A stretch of DNA of 64,000 nt from an uncultured Verrucomicrobiae bacterium (GTDB lineage: Bacteria; Verrucomicrobiota; Verrucomicrobiia; Limisphaerales; Palsa-1400), in assembly GCA_963764165.1 (NCBI GenBank), contig CAVXRD010000001.1, positions 1,024,001 to 1,088,000 of the forward strand, in the 5' to 3' direction. A program made the position numbers and the translations under genes. The notes under the pieces were generated by a model. It did no database searches and was not told the origin of the DNA. It saw nothing but the letters and a program-made list of their open reading frames with translations. Shown here one piece after another: positions 48,641 through 58,800 of the stretch (position 1 is its first letter; every line of letters begins with the position of its first letter).

Positions 48641-51561
48641 ACTCCAATGCCTCCTCCATATCTTTGTTTGTGCTGATGACTGTGGGTGATTTTCCGCGCC
48701 GTCCGAATCGCTGGCGATTGCCGCACCAACTCCGATTGTTTCTGTGTTTCCGATTGCTGCGCCACCTCGAACACTTTAGCGGCTTCCGCCTGCCCAAATA
48801 ATTCAGCCCGGCGCTGCGCGGTTTGACGTTGTGAATGCTGGACGCTGAGGACGTAGCCAATATCACGGCCCCAAGCTTTCGCCAGCGCATGGATGGCGGA
48901 TTCTTTGACAATGTCCAAGGCCAATTCGCGGCCCCCGGAACGGACGACGTTTTGCCGAAGCTGGATTTTATCGGCGGTGAAAATCTGGACGCCCTTCCGT
49001 CCCCGCGAAATGGTCACATACCATTGCTGGTCGTTGGTTGCGGCCTGCACAGCGGAATCGGAGAACAGGACATAATCCACGGTTTTGCCCTGGGCGGCGT
49101 AGGACGTGACCGCGTAGCCGCGCACGAACTGGCGGTAGTACTTGCCCAACGTCCGGCCATCCGCCAGGGCGATGCGTCCATCCGGGTGAACGTGGTTGAC
49201 CGTGACCAGTTCGCCATTGACCACCTTGCTCCCGTCCGTGGCGTTGCCATTGGCCTTCAATTGCAGCCGGTCGCCGCTGGCCAAGGGCAATTCCTTGGGC
49301 TGGCAAACCGTGAGCCGGTCGAGGTCTTTGAAGGGAACCGGGCGTATGCGCTGGTTGGCCTCAATCAGCAGATGTTTGTCGGTGACGGCGAGCAAGCGGC
49401 CAGTGTCGCCGGGCTTGTAGCCACTGACGGGCCGGTTAAAGACCACTACGGAATCAGGAGCGTAAGATCGCGCATCCCGTTTTTGGGCATCCGTCAAATC
49501 CAGCCGTTCCAGCGCGGTCACGGTGATTTCCTCCTGACCGACCAGTCCTTGAGCTTTCAATCCGTGCCGCACCTGTTCATTGACCTTGTGGATCTCCGAC
49601 CAGCTTTGCGAAACGACCACAGTAGAGTGGCTTGCCTTCACCAGTTCCAAAAAGCGTTCTGCGAGCTTTTGCTGCTGGTTGGCAATGGTGCAGGCGACGA
49701 TGGCGTCCTGCTGGTCCAGGCGGTCAAAGGATTGAGCCAGCTTCCCGGCCTGCGCTTCGCCGACCGCCAGCCGGTATTGTTCCAGCCACTTCCGTTCCGC
49801 CTGAGTTTTCGCCTCGTCGGGATTCTGACGGCGAATGCTGGTCAATTCGGCATATTCCAACCCGGAGTATTTTTCGATTGCCCGGAGTGCGTCGGTAGCT
49901 TCCACGGCCCCGTGCTGGTGCGTGTCGCCGGAGAGAATCACCCGGCCCTCGTTTTCCCTCACCAGCCGGAGCAGTTCCAGCATTTGCTTGCCGCCGATCT
50001 GCCCGGCCTCGTCCACCATGACCACCGCGCCGCGAGGCAGCGAACCACGAGCCAGAAATGCGCTGAGTGTCCGTGCGCCGATGAACCCGTCCCGCTCCAA
50101 ATCCATCACTTGCTGGCGTTGTGGGGCGAGGACTTGGACTGTCTGGCCACTTCGCTTGAGCGCCAAATCAACCTCCCGGAGCGTGTAACTTTTGCCCGTG
50201 CCAGCCCCGCCGCGAAACAGGGTGACAAAATCCCGCGAGGTCAGGATGTGATTGACCGCCTGACGCTGCTCTTTGTCCAGGGCGGTGTTAAGCACGGGCG
50301 GACGAGCGCAAAGCGGCCTGTAACTGCGGATGCCATCTCGCGCCAAACAGACAATTTCCCATTCCCGGCCCAAGACCTCCCGCGTTGTCACCCTGCCAGG
50401 GGAAACTTCGTCCCGCACGTAGCCACGATCTTTTGTGACCGCCTGAATGTCAGCCAATGACACATCCCGCCCGCGAGCATGTTCGAGTGCATGACGCCAA
50501 AGTTCCTGCTCGCGGACGACGGAACGGCGGTCAAACAAGTGATCTTCCGCCCACGTCACGGTTTCGGCGGCGGTCATTTTTGGGGCATCAGGTTGCAATG
50601 GTGAGTTTCGATCAAGCCGGGTCAACTGAATGCGTTCGTCGGACGAAAGCTGCCCATTCCACAACGATTGCAGCCGGGCAATTCCCACGTCCTTGATCTT
50701 TCGCGCCCGTTCCTTGTGGGCGATATGATCCCGGATGGCGTTGATGTTGCGACCGGCCTTCTCCGGTTCTCTGGCCAGCAATTCCCGCGTTTTCCGGTCA
50801 ATCTCCTGATGCCGCTTGGAAAACCGCCCAATCAACTCCTGGGAGACGCCCCGAATTTCAAAATCCCCGCGCGGATTGTTCTCAATGCCGTAACCAAAAC
50901 GCACCAGCGCCTTGGTCAGTTCATCGTAATAGACCTGAATCGTGAATTTTTTGGCCATCAGCATTTCGCAAGTTTCCAATGCCTTCCAACGGTTCTCGAC
51001 TGAATCCCTCGTGGCATTGAACAGAATGCAATGGGTGTGCAAATGCGGGTCCAACTCTCTTGACGTATCATGCCGGAAAACTGCGCCAACCAGATTGCCG
51101 GTCAGACGATATGATGTCTCCCCCTGCTTCCGAACTCGTGTGGCCGCGTACATTTCCAGTTGCCGCATAGCCACCTGCACAGCCTCATCATGCGCTTCCA
51201 GAATTCGCCGGTCATCTCCCACCAACGCCGCAATGGACACCGATTTGGGCGGCGAAAATGTGAAATCATAGAACACCCGGCGATTGGCAACCTCATGTAA
51301 ATTGCCGTCCTTCCCTGCTTCCATCCGTGTTCCATTATGCCGTTGAGTCAATCGTTCGTCCGTACTTGGATTAAGGTTCCGGCACAGTTTCAGGAACTCA
51401 TCCGTATGCGTCACTCCTGCAAGCCCCAATGATACCGCGCCCTGTCCAATCCATTGTCCCATCACCCGACGACCTTCCATATAATAGTCGCCGACCTGCA
51501 AATGCTCATTAAAGTATTCCTCCGCATTCGACAAACTGTATTGGGCCTTCGTCGCCAGCAT
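48637..51561 (-). CDS. MOBF (TrwC/TraI-type) relaxase-helicase
   Basis: N-terminal Tyr (GDYY), YDFTFSPPKSVS, HDTSRELDPHLHTH (HUH), Walker A GGAGTGKS, VDEAG, YAVTSYAAQGKTVD, YVTISRGR. Confidence 0.95.
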   Translation of the reverse strand: MLATKAQYSLSNAEEYFNEHLQVGDYYMEGRRVMGQWIGQGAVSLGLAGVTHTDEFLKLCRNLNPSTDERLTQRHNGTRMEAGKDGNLHEVANRRVFYDFTFSPPKSVSIAALVGDDRRILEAHDEAVQVAMRQLEMYAATRVRKQGETSYRLTGNLVGAVFRHDTSRELDPHLHTHCILFNATRDSVENRWKALETCEMLMAKKFTIQVYYDELTKALVRFGYGIENNPRGDFEIRGVSQELIGRFSKRHQEIDRKTRELLAREPEKAGRNINAIRDHIAHKERARKIKDVGIARLQSLWNGQLSSDERIQLTRLDRNSPLQPDAPKMTAAETVTWAEDHLFDRRSVVREQELWRHALEHARGRDVSLADIQAVTKDRGYVRDEVSPGRVTTREVLGREWEIVCLARDGIRSYRPLCARPPVLNTALDKEQRQAVNHILTSRDFVTLFRGGAGTGKSYTLREVDLALKRSGQTVQVLAPQRQQVMDLERDGFIGARTLSAFLARGSLPRGAVVMVDEAGQIGGKQMLELLRLVRENEGRVILSGDTHQHGAVEATDALRAIEKYSGLEYAELTSIRRQNPDEAKTQAERKWLEQYRLAVGEAQAGKLAQSFDRLDQQDAIVACTIANQQQKLAERFLELVKASHSTVVVSQSWSEIHKVNEQVRHGLKAQGLVGQEEITVTALERLDLTDAQKRDARSYAPDSVVVFNRPVSGYKPGDTGRLLAVTDKHLLIEANQRIRPVPFKDLDRLTVCQPKELPLASGDRLQLKANGNATDGSKVVNGELVTVNHVHPDGRIALADGRTLGKYYRQFVRGYAVTSYAAQGKTVDYVLFSDSAVQAATNDQQWYVTISRGRKGVQIFTADKIQLRQNVVRSGGRELALDIVKESAIHALAKAWGRDIGYVLSVQHSQRQTAQRRAELFGQAEAAKVFEVAQQSETQKQSELVRQSPAIRTARKITHSHQHKQRYGGGIGV

Positions 51562-51743
51562 GTCTCAAAACTATCATCGAGCGGGTAAAATTTTGCTCCC
51601 AGGTGTGCGCAAAAAATCTGGTCGGTGATGCTACCTATAATGTGAATTGGTTATGGGACGCTTGTCTCCTTGCTGGAGCAAGGGGGCGGATGGAAACCGT
51701 TTTCCGAAGCGATTTTCCAAACCAGTTCGGAAACAAGTTCCGA
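51562..51743. promoter_or_regulatory. Candidate oriT / divergent promoter region
   Basis: Intergenic gap between the relaxase and the divergent StbA/StbB-like pair, with short inverted repeats (GAGC..AAAATTTT.GCTC; CCAG..CTGG); the evidence is mostly positional. Confidence 0.45.
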
Positions 51744-52109
51744 ATGAACATTCCAAACGAGTCAGCGGCGGAATTGATCGCGCGTTTCAGCCCGAAGCGG
51801 CCCAAACGCTACGCCGGACTTCATCCGCACGCTGAGTTCATTCGGGAACTCCGGCGCAATCGCGCCTCGTACGACACCATCGTCGCCATTTTGCGCGAGC
51901 GGCACGGCCTTCAAGTCACCGACACCACCGTCCGGCATTTCTGCCGCGACATCTTGCAGGAGCGGACCGCCAGGCGGCGGGCAAAGACGGCTCAGACACC
52001 GGCAACTCCCATCCGCCAAGCGGCTCAAATCCTTTCGCTTCGACCTGCCCGAAACCCAAATGCGGACGGGCCGCAAATCGCCGAGGTGGAATTCATCAAA
52101 GAACCATAA
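51744..52109 (+). CDS. Small DNA-binding protein (StbA/TraK-like)
   Basis: IRELRRNRASYDTIVAILRERHGLQVTDTTVRHF HTH-like segment; divergent from the relaxase. Confidence 0.65.
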   Translation: MNIPNESAAELIARFSPKRPKRYAGLHPHAEFIRELRRNRASYDTIVAILRERHGLQVTDTTVRHFCRDILQERTARRRAKTAQTPATPIRQAAQILSLRPARNPNADGPQIAEVEFIKEP

Positions 52110-52114
52110 ACGAT

Positions 52115-52852
52115 ATGAACAAAATGAAAAAACGACTCGTACTCATCCTCAATGGCAAAGGCGGCGTGGGCAAAAGCTTCTTTGCCGTGAACTTCATTCA
52201 ATACCTCAAGGACCGCGATATTGCCCACGCGGCCTTCGACAGCGACGACGAGAATTCGACCTTGAAACGCTTCCATTCGGAAGTCGGTTTCATTGACCCT
52301 AACACGCCAACGGACATGGACCGCATGGTGGAACCTTTGGAAGACAAAGATGTGGTGGTGGTGGATTGCCGCGCCGCTTCAACCCGCATTTTCCTCAAGT
52401 ATTTCGAGGAGACAGGGTTGCATACCATACTTGAAGGCATTGGCACTGCCCTGACCATCGCCAGCCCGGTCAATCATGAACTGGACAGTATTCACCAGCT
52501 TCAACGCCTCGTTGGCGGGATTGCCGGAAAGCCGGATTTCCTTATCGTTCGCAACGAAGTCCATGGCGAGGGCTTTGATTTGTTCGACAAATCGAAAATC
52601 CGCCAAAAGCTGTTGAATGACTTGGGCGCGCGCGAAATCCATGTGAAGCAGATGTATAAATGGCTGGTGGAAGGATTGCAGCGGAGCAAGGCCACACCCA
52701 CGCTCGCGCTGAAGGATTCAGACTTCACCATAATGGACCGCCAACGCCTGATCAATTGGCAGCGCCACTTTTATGAACAACTTGATTCGGTGAAAGATTT
52801 GCTTCTGCCTGCAACCGATGAGAAAGGAAAACCCGCCCATGCAGCCGCGTAA
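52115..52852 (+). CDS. ParA/MinD-like P-loop ATPase (StbB/TraL-like)
   Basis: Deviant Walker A NGKGGVGKS, FDSDDEN, VVVDC. Confidence 0.8.
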   Translation: MNKMKKRLVLILNGKGGVGKSFFAVNFIQYLKDRDIAHAAFDSDDENSTLKRFHSEVGFIDPNTPTDMDRMVEPLEDKDVVVVDCRAASTRIFLKYFEETGLHTILEGIGTALTIASPVNHELDSIHQLQRLVGGIAGKPDFLIVRNEVHGEGFDLFDKSKIRQKLLNDLGAREIHVKQMYKWLVEGLQRSKATPTLALKDSDFTIMDRQRLINWQRHFYEQLDSVKDLLLPATDEKGKPAHAAA

Positions 52853-53384
52853 TGTCGAGGACGGCAGACGCCGCCTCAATTCTCCCCGCCGCGACCAACG
52901 CACATTTCGGCTCCTTCCACAGACAGCGGGCGTCCCTCACCCCGCCCGCCCCTGTCCGCTCCAGTCGCCAAAATGTGCGTTCGTCACGGCTTCCCTTTGG
53001 CTTCCGTCTGGACTTGCGTCGCGGCGTTCCGCTACGGATTCCACCCCTGACGCCCTGTTCCATTCCTTCGCTTCACTCTCCGCGCCGCAAGGCCAGACCG
53101 AAGCTAAGATGTCAGCCCATTCGGGTCGGCTTGTCCATGCGGACGACCTCGCATTCACGAACCCCGATTCGAGCCTCATGCAGATGCACTTGAATCGAAT
53201 GAATATCCTTCCATTCGTGACAACGCAGCCAAGGCTGTGGTATTTGCGTAGAGTCGGATGGCAATTGATAAGTGAACTCAAAAAGAATACCGCAAATGTC
53301 CGTGCGAACGCGACGAGCAATCGACGTTTATCTTACGATGAACGTCGGCCAGAGCATTGCCGTCTATGAATACGGAGGGCGCAC

Positions 53385-54929
53385 ATGAGCAAGCTCCGAA
53401 TCTTTATCAGTTCCGTTCAAAAGGAATTGGAGAACGAACGCCTCGCCGTTCTGTCGCTCATTTCGACCGACGCATTTCTTCAAGTCCACTGCGAGCCAGT
53501 GCTCTACGAATTTGAGCCAGCTTCCCCAAAGGACGCCGCTCAAGAATGCCTCGCGCTCCTTAGCGGGTGCGAGATTTGTTTGACCATCATTTGGAAAGAA
53601 TATGGCCACGCCGTTGACGGCGTTTCCATCACGCGGCAGGAGTATCGCCTAGCGAGAAACAAGGGCCTGCCGGTGCTGGCGTTCATCAAGGGTGACGCAA
53701 CACTCCAGCGCGAGCCGGGAACAGCCGACTTTCTCAAGGAAATCGGCAAAGGCGGGCTAAAATACAAACGCTTTGGCAATTTGCTCGAATTGCTCCGGGA
53801 GGTCCGTGCTTCGCTGTTGAAAATCCTGAAGGAGCGGTTCGCCATTGAACCAACGTCCGACGAAAACGAAATCGCAGAGCAGACTATCACGGCAACATCC
53901 AATTTCGAGCTTCAGGCCCTCAAGCGTCTCCGCTGGGAAGACCTCGACCACGAAACCGCACGGCGGTTGGTTGCAAGCGCCGAACAAAAGGAAGCACGGG
54001 GCATTTCAGCAGAAGACCTGCTTCACGATCTGCTTGCGCGCGGCCTGGTCTGGAACGACCCGGAGACTGGCGGCCATTACCCCACCGCTGCGGGCATCGT
54101 TCTGCTGGCTCGCGATCCGTCTGTCGTTTTTCCACATTGCAGGATATTGGCCGACGCCTATCGCGGTATCGAGCCGGATGGAGATCCGTCCGACCACACA
54201 GATTTACGTGCCCCGATGCCGGTTGCCATCGAGCAAGCGATTGCCTTTGTCGAACGCAACACCCGACACCCCATCCGCATCGTTGGGCTTGATCGCGTCC
54301 GACTTGACGAATATCCCGCTGAGGCTTTGCGCGAAGCCTTGGTCAATGCTGTCGCTCATCGGGATTACGAGGACGGCTCCCGCAAAATCATGTTGGAAGT
54401 TTTTCCCGACCGAGTTGTCATTTCCAGTCCCGGACTGCCGCCGCCGCCAATCACATTACAAAAACTGCGGTCCAGGAAATATCGTCCGTGTTCCCGCAAC
54501 CCGATTCTCGCTCAGTGCCTCTCCTTCTTTCATCGCATTGAGGAACGCGGCAGTGGTTTCCGACGAATGCACGACCAGATGGTTGACCACGGGCTTGAAC
54601 AGCCACGACTCGCAACAGATACCGGCTATTTCCAAATCATTTTTGCAGGGCCTGGGAACAATTTGAGGCGGCTACGTGTTCCCGCCGGTCGTGCCAGGAA
54701 AACCGTGCCGCCATCGGTGGAGCAACAACTAACTGAGCGACAGAAGGAAATGGCTACGCTACTTGTGGCTGGGGAAGAATTGACCAGCCGTCAGTGTGAG
54801 GCCAAGTTTGGAATCACCCGTCCAATAACCTCCAAAGATTTTGCGGCTTTGGTTCGATTGGGTTTGGCAGAAAAAATCGGCTCCGGTCGCTCCACCCGAT
54901 ACCGGCTCAAATCCCCAAGTGAATCGTAA
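53385..54929 (+). CDS. DUF4062 + HATPase_c-like (RecG C-terminal-like) + winged-HTH protein
   Basis: RIFISSVQKELENER..G.SITRQEY (DUF4062); YPAEALREALVNAVAHRDY, ISSPG, RNP, IEERGSG; LTERQ...GSGRSTRY wHTH. Confidence 0.85.
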   Translation: MSKLRIFISSVQKELENERLAVLSLISTDAFLQVHCEPVLYEFEPASPKDAAQECLALLSGCEICLTIIWKEYGHAVDGVSITRQEYRLARNKGLPVLAFIKGDATLQREPGTADFLKEIGKGGLKYKRFGNLLELLREVRASLLKILKERFAIEPTSDENEIAEQTITATSNFELQALKRLRWEDLDHETARRLVASAEQKEARGISAEDLLHDLLARGLVWNDPETGGHYPTAAGIVLLARDPSVVFPHCRILADAYRGIEPDGDPSDHTDLRAPMPVAIEQAIAFVERNTRHPIRIVGLDRVRLDEYPAEALREALVNAVAHRDYEDGSRKIMLEVFPDRVVISSPGLPPPPITLQKLRSRKYRPCSRNPILAQCLSFFHRIEERGSGFRRMHDQMVDHGLEQPRLATDTGYFQIIFAGPGNNLRRLRVPAGRARKTVPPSVEQQLTERQKEMATLLVAGEELTSRQCEAKFGITRPITSKDFAALVRLGLAEKIGSGRSTRYRLKSPSES

Positions 54930-55634
54930 ACTAATCGTTAAGCATTTTTCGGTAATCGTAAAGTTGGCTCATGCAGGAACTCACAAGCCACCGTGCTCCG
55001 GCGACTGAAATGAGACGGCAGCAAATCGCCAAATAATCGTCAGGTGTTTTTCCAGAACCGTCAGATGGCTCCTACCCATATCCCGCCGGGGAGGTGCGCA
55101 CGATGTTTTCAAACGGAAATAAGACTTTTATGGGACTTTTGAACCAGAACCCTGTGGGCGGAAGGAGACAATATTGGGACATTGCATCTTGGAGCATCAG
55201 GGGATTGGACGCGGAGGCATCCACATCCTTCGGCGGAATCGTTTCATAAAATTGACAATCGTGCCATCGGCCACCGGCCACCCCGATAATTCCGCACAAT
55301 GGAGTTGGGCCGGTGCCAGGAAAAGCCCGTCCCAAACCCGCCAAACAGGTGTGGTTTAATCGTCAACGTATTTTCCAGAATCGTCAACTTGTCCTCTAAA
55401 GAAAGGGCTTGCCCCGCTCAGGCGCGCAAGTCCCACCGATTCTAAATCGAACGGGAGAAATTGCCCGCAATCGTCAGATAATCGTCAGGTATTTTCCCAG
55501 AATCGTCAGATGGCTTCTGCCCATATCCCGCCATGTGCCCAAATTCCATCCTGCCGGGCAGGAGCGAACTCGCTTGTCGCCGAAGGGTCGTTATGGATAA
55601 ACTCCCCTGCATTCAGAGATTTAAAATGACGATT
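54922..55634 (+). repeat. Array of phased AATCGT(CA) boxes
   Basis: Exact AATCGT at 54922, 54933, 54954, 55035, 55237, 55257, 55358, 55379, 55469, 55480, 55501; variants at 55024 and 55056; inverted copy at 55627-55634; ~64-bp imperfect direct repeat 55024-55087/55469-55532. Confidence 0.85.
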
Positions 55635-55881
55635 AACTAATTTTATAAAAATACATTTCGCGTAGCTTCGGCTGCTGTTCCCCTCGAAACCTAGGAAATT
55701 TCGCACGAAAGACAGCGCTTGATGCACGCCCCGCCTGGGGCGTGCTGAAAGCGTTCTTTCGTGGGCCCCCTAGGTGCCTGAGGAGAGACGTAAGTAAGTA
55801 CGTCCCTCTTTTATTTCAGTCACCAGGGTTCCCACAAAGGACAGTCAAAAACAGGGCTGATTCGCACGCGAGCGAACAGCC

Positions 55882-58800
55882 ATGCCCCGAATCTTCGACA
55901 ACATCGAAGCCGATTTGCTTCCCGCGCTGGCGCAAACACTTTGCGTCTCCGAACGGGCCGACTTTTGCGTCGGCTATTTCAATTTGCGCGGCTGGAAAGC
56001 CATAGATACCTTGATCGACCAATGGGTCGGAGGCGAAGGAGCACAATGCCGTCTCATCGTTGGTATGCAGCGACTCGCTCAGGACGAACTTCGCCAGGCG
56101 TACAGCCTTTTGCCGGAGGAGGAAGAAATCAGCCAAAAGGCGGTCATCCGCTTAAAACGCCGTCTTGCCGAGGAGTTCCGCGCTCAACTCACGTTTGGCG
56201 CACCCACCGACGCGGACGAAGCCGGACTTCGCCGTCTCTCCGCCCAACTCAAAGCGGGCAAAGTGGTGGTAAAATTATTTCTCCGCCACACGCTTCACGC
56301 CAAGCTATACCTTTGCTTTCGCCCCGACCCCAACAATCCCATCACTGGCTTTCTCGGTTCCAGCAATCTCACACTTTCGGGCCTGTCCCATCAAGGCGAA
56401 TTGAACGTGGACGTGCTTGACCAGGACGCCACCGATAAACTTGCTAAATGGTTTAAGGATCGGTGGGATGATCGTTGGTGCGTGGACATCACCCAGGAAC
56501 TGATTCAGGTGATTGACGAGAGTTGGGCGCGGCCAGAATGTCCGCCGCCCTATCAGATTTATGTCAAAATGGCCTACCATTTGGCCGAAGAAGCCCGCGC
56601 CGGCCTGTCAGAATTTTCCATCCCCTCGGACATGCGTGGCACCTTGCTGGAATTTCAATCCGCCGCCGTCCGCATCGCCGCCCGCCATTTGGAAAAACGC
56701 GGCGGCGTCATTCTTGGCGACGTTGTTGGCCTTGGCAAAACCCTCATGGCTACCGCGCTGGCCCGCGTTTTTCAAGACCCGCCGCGCTCTCTCGAAACCC
56801 TCATTCTCTGCCCCAAAAATCTTGTCGGCATGTGGAAGGACTACGCCCACCGCTACCGCTTGATCGCCGAGGTTGTCTCCGTCACTCAGGCGCAAAACAG
56901 TCTCCCCGATCTTCGCCGTTACCGCGTTGTCATCATTGACGAAAGCCACAATTTGCGAAATCGCGAGGGCCGACGCTGGGCCGCTGTCCGCGATTATCTG
57001 GCCCGCAACGCCAGCAAAGTCATTCTTCTTTCCGCCACGCCCTACAACAAAGCCTACCTTGATCTCGCCAACCAACTTCGTCTGTTTATCAATCCAGACG
57101 ATGCAGTCGGCATCCGGCCCGAAGAATACTTGCGGCGTGATTGCGACGGACGGCCCGACGAATTTACCCGCCGCCATCAGTGTGCCGTCAATTGCCTTTC
57201 CGCCTTCGAGAAAAGCGGCCATGCCGACGACTGGCGTGAGTTAATGCGCTTGTTCATGGTCCGCCGCACTCGCAGCTTTGTCGAACGCAACTACGCCTTC
57301 ACCGAATGTCCCAAGTGTTTCACCGTCCTCTTGCCCACTCAGGAAAAGTGTCCCAAGTGCGACCGCGCCAAGGTGAAGGAGGACCGCCGCTTTCTCATCC
57401 TTGAAGGCGGCAGCCGTTTCCATTTCCCCAAACGCCAGCCCAAGACTCTGGCGTTCAAGATTCGCGACAGCGACCAGGCCGACCAATACGCCCGGCTTTA
57501 TTCCGATAAAGTGGTGGACACCGTGCGGATGTTGCACCTTCCACGCTACGGCCTCGCCAATTATTTAAAGCCCACCCTCGACGTGCCGCCGTCCCAGGAC
57601 GAAGCCGAAATGATGGACAACCTCTCCCGCGCTGGCAAACGGCTCATCGGTTTTTGCCGCACCAACCTTTTCAAGCGGCTGGAAAGCAGCGGCCATGCCT
57701 TCCTGCTTTCCGTCCGCCGCCACATTCTGCGCAATTATATTTTTCTGCACGCACTGGAGAAAGGTTTACACCTGCCCATCGGCACCCAGGATTCTGCGCT
57801 GTTCGACACCCGCACCGAAGATCACGACAGCGATAGCAATATGTTTGGCGCGGACGATGCCGCCGCCGCCAAGCCAACCGAAATCACCGCCCAAAACCTC
57901 GCCGAGTTCGCCCAAGCCGGAGCCGCAGGCTATCAAACGCTAAAAACCGACCACGCCCGCAATTTCGATTGGTTGCGCTCCGATGTTTTTGTCGAAGACC
58001 TTTCCCAGCACCTTCAGCAGGACGCCCAGCGGCTTTTCTCCATCCTTGAACTCGCTGGCCAATGGCAACCAGATCAGGATAATAAACTGGCCGAACTCCA
58101 TAAACTTCTGACCAAAAAACATCCCAGCCAGAAAATTCTCATCTTCTCCCAATTCGCCGATACCGTCTCCTACCTTGCCGAGCAGTTGCAGGAACGCGGA
58201 ATTAAGCACATGGCGGGCGTCACCGGCGACACCGAATCGCCATCCAACTATGCCCGCCGTTTCAGTCCCGAAAGCAACAAGGCGCGGGACAAAGGCTCGC
58301 CCCACTACGTTTCGCCCGCTGAAGAACTCCGCGTGTTGGTCGCCACCGATGTTCTCAGCGAGGGCCAAAACCTCCAGGACGCCGCCATCGTTGTGAACTT
58401 CGATTTGCCATGGGCCATCATTCGCCTCATCCAGCGGGCCGGTCGCGTGGACCGTATCGGCCAAAAGGCGGAGGAAATTCTCTGCTACTCCTTTGTCCCC
58501 GCCGAAGGCGTCGAACGCCTCATCCGTCTGCGTATGCGCGTCCGCCAGCGCCTCCAGGAAAACGCCGAAGTCGTTGGCACCGATGAAACCTTTTTCGAGG
58601 ACGAAAAACACGACACTGTCATCCGCGACCTTTTCACCGAGAAATCCGGCGTCCTGGACGACCCGACGGACGACGAAGTGGATCTTGCCTCACTGGCCTA
58701 CCAGATTTGGAAAAACGCTTGTGACACCGATCCGACATTGAAAAAAATCATCCCCGATCTGCCAGGCGTTGTCTTTTCCACCAAAGCCCTGTCCGCCATT

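Noticed and set aside
48835..50460. 541-aa plus-strand ORF
   Set aside because: Antisense shadow of the MOBF relaxase.
52818..53369. Overlapping ORFs of 103-183 aa after the ParA-like gene
   Set aside because: No recognisable features; the region is better explained as structured non-coding DNA.
54922..55532. AATCGT array as a CRISPR array
   Set aside because: Repeats are degenerate and the intervals irregular (about 100-200 bp), with no cas genes; kept as a binding-site-like array instead.
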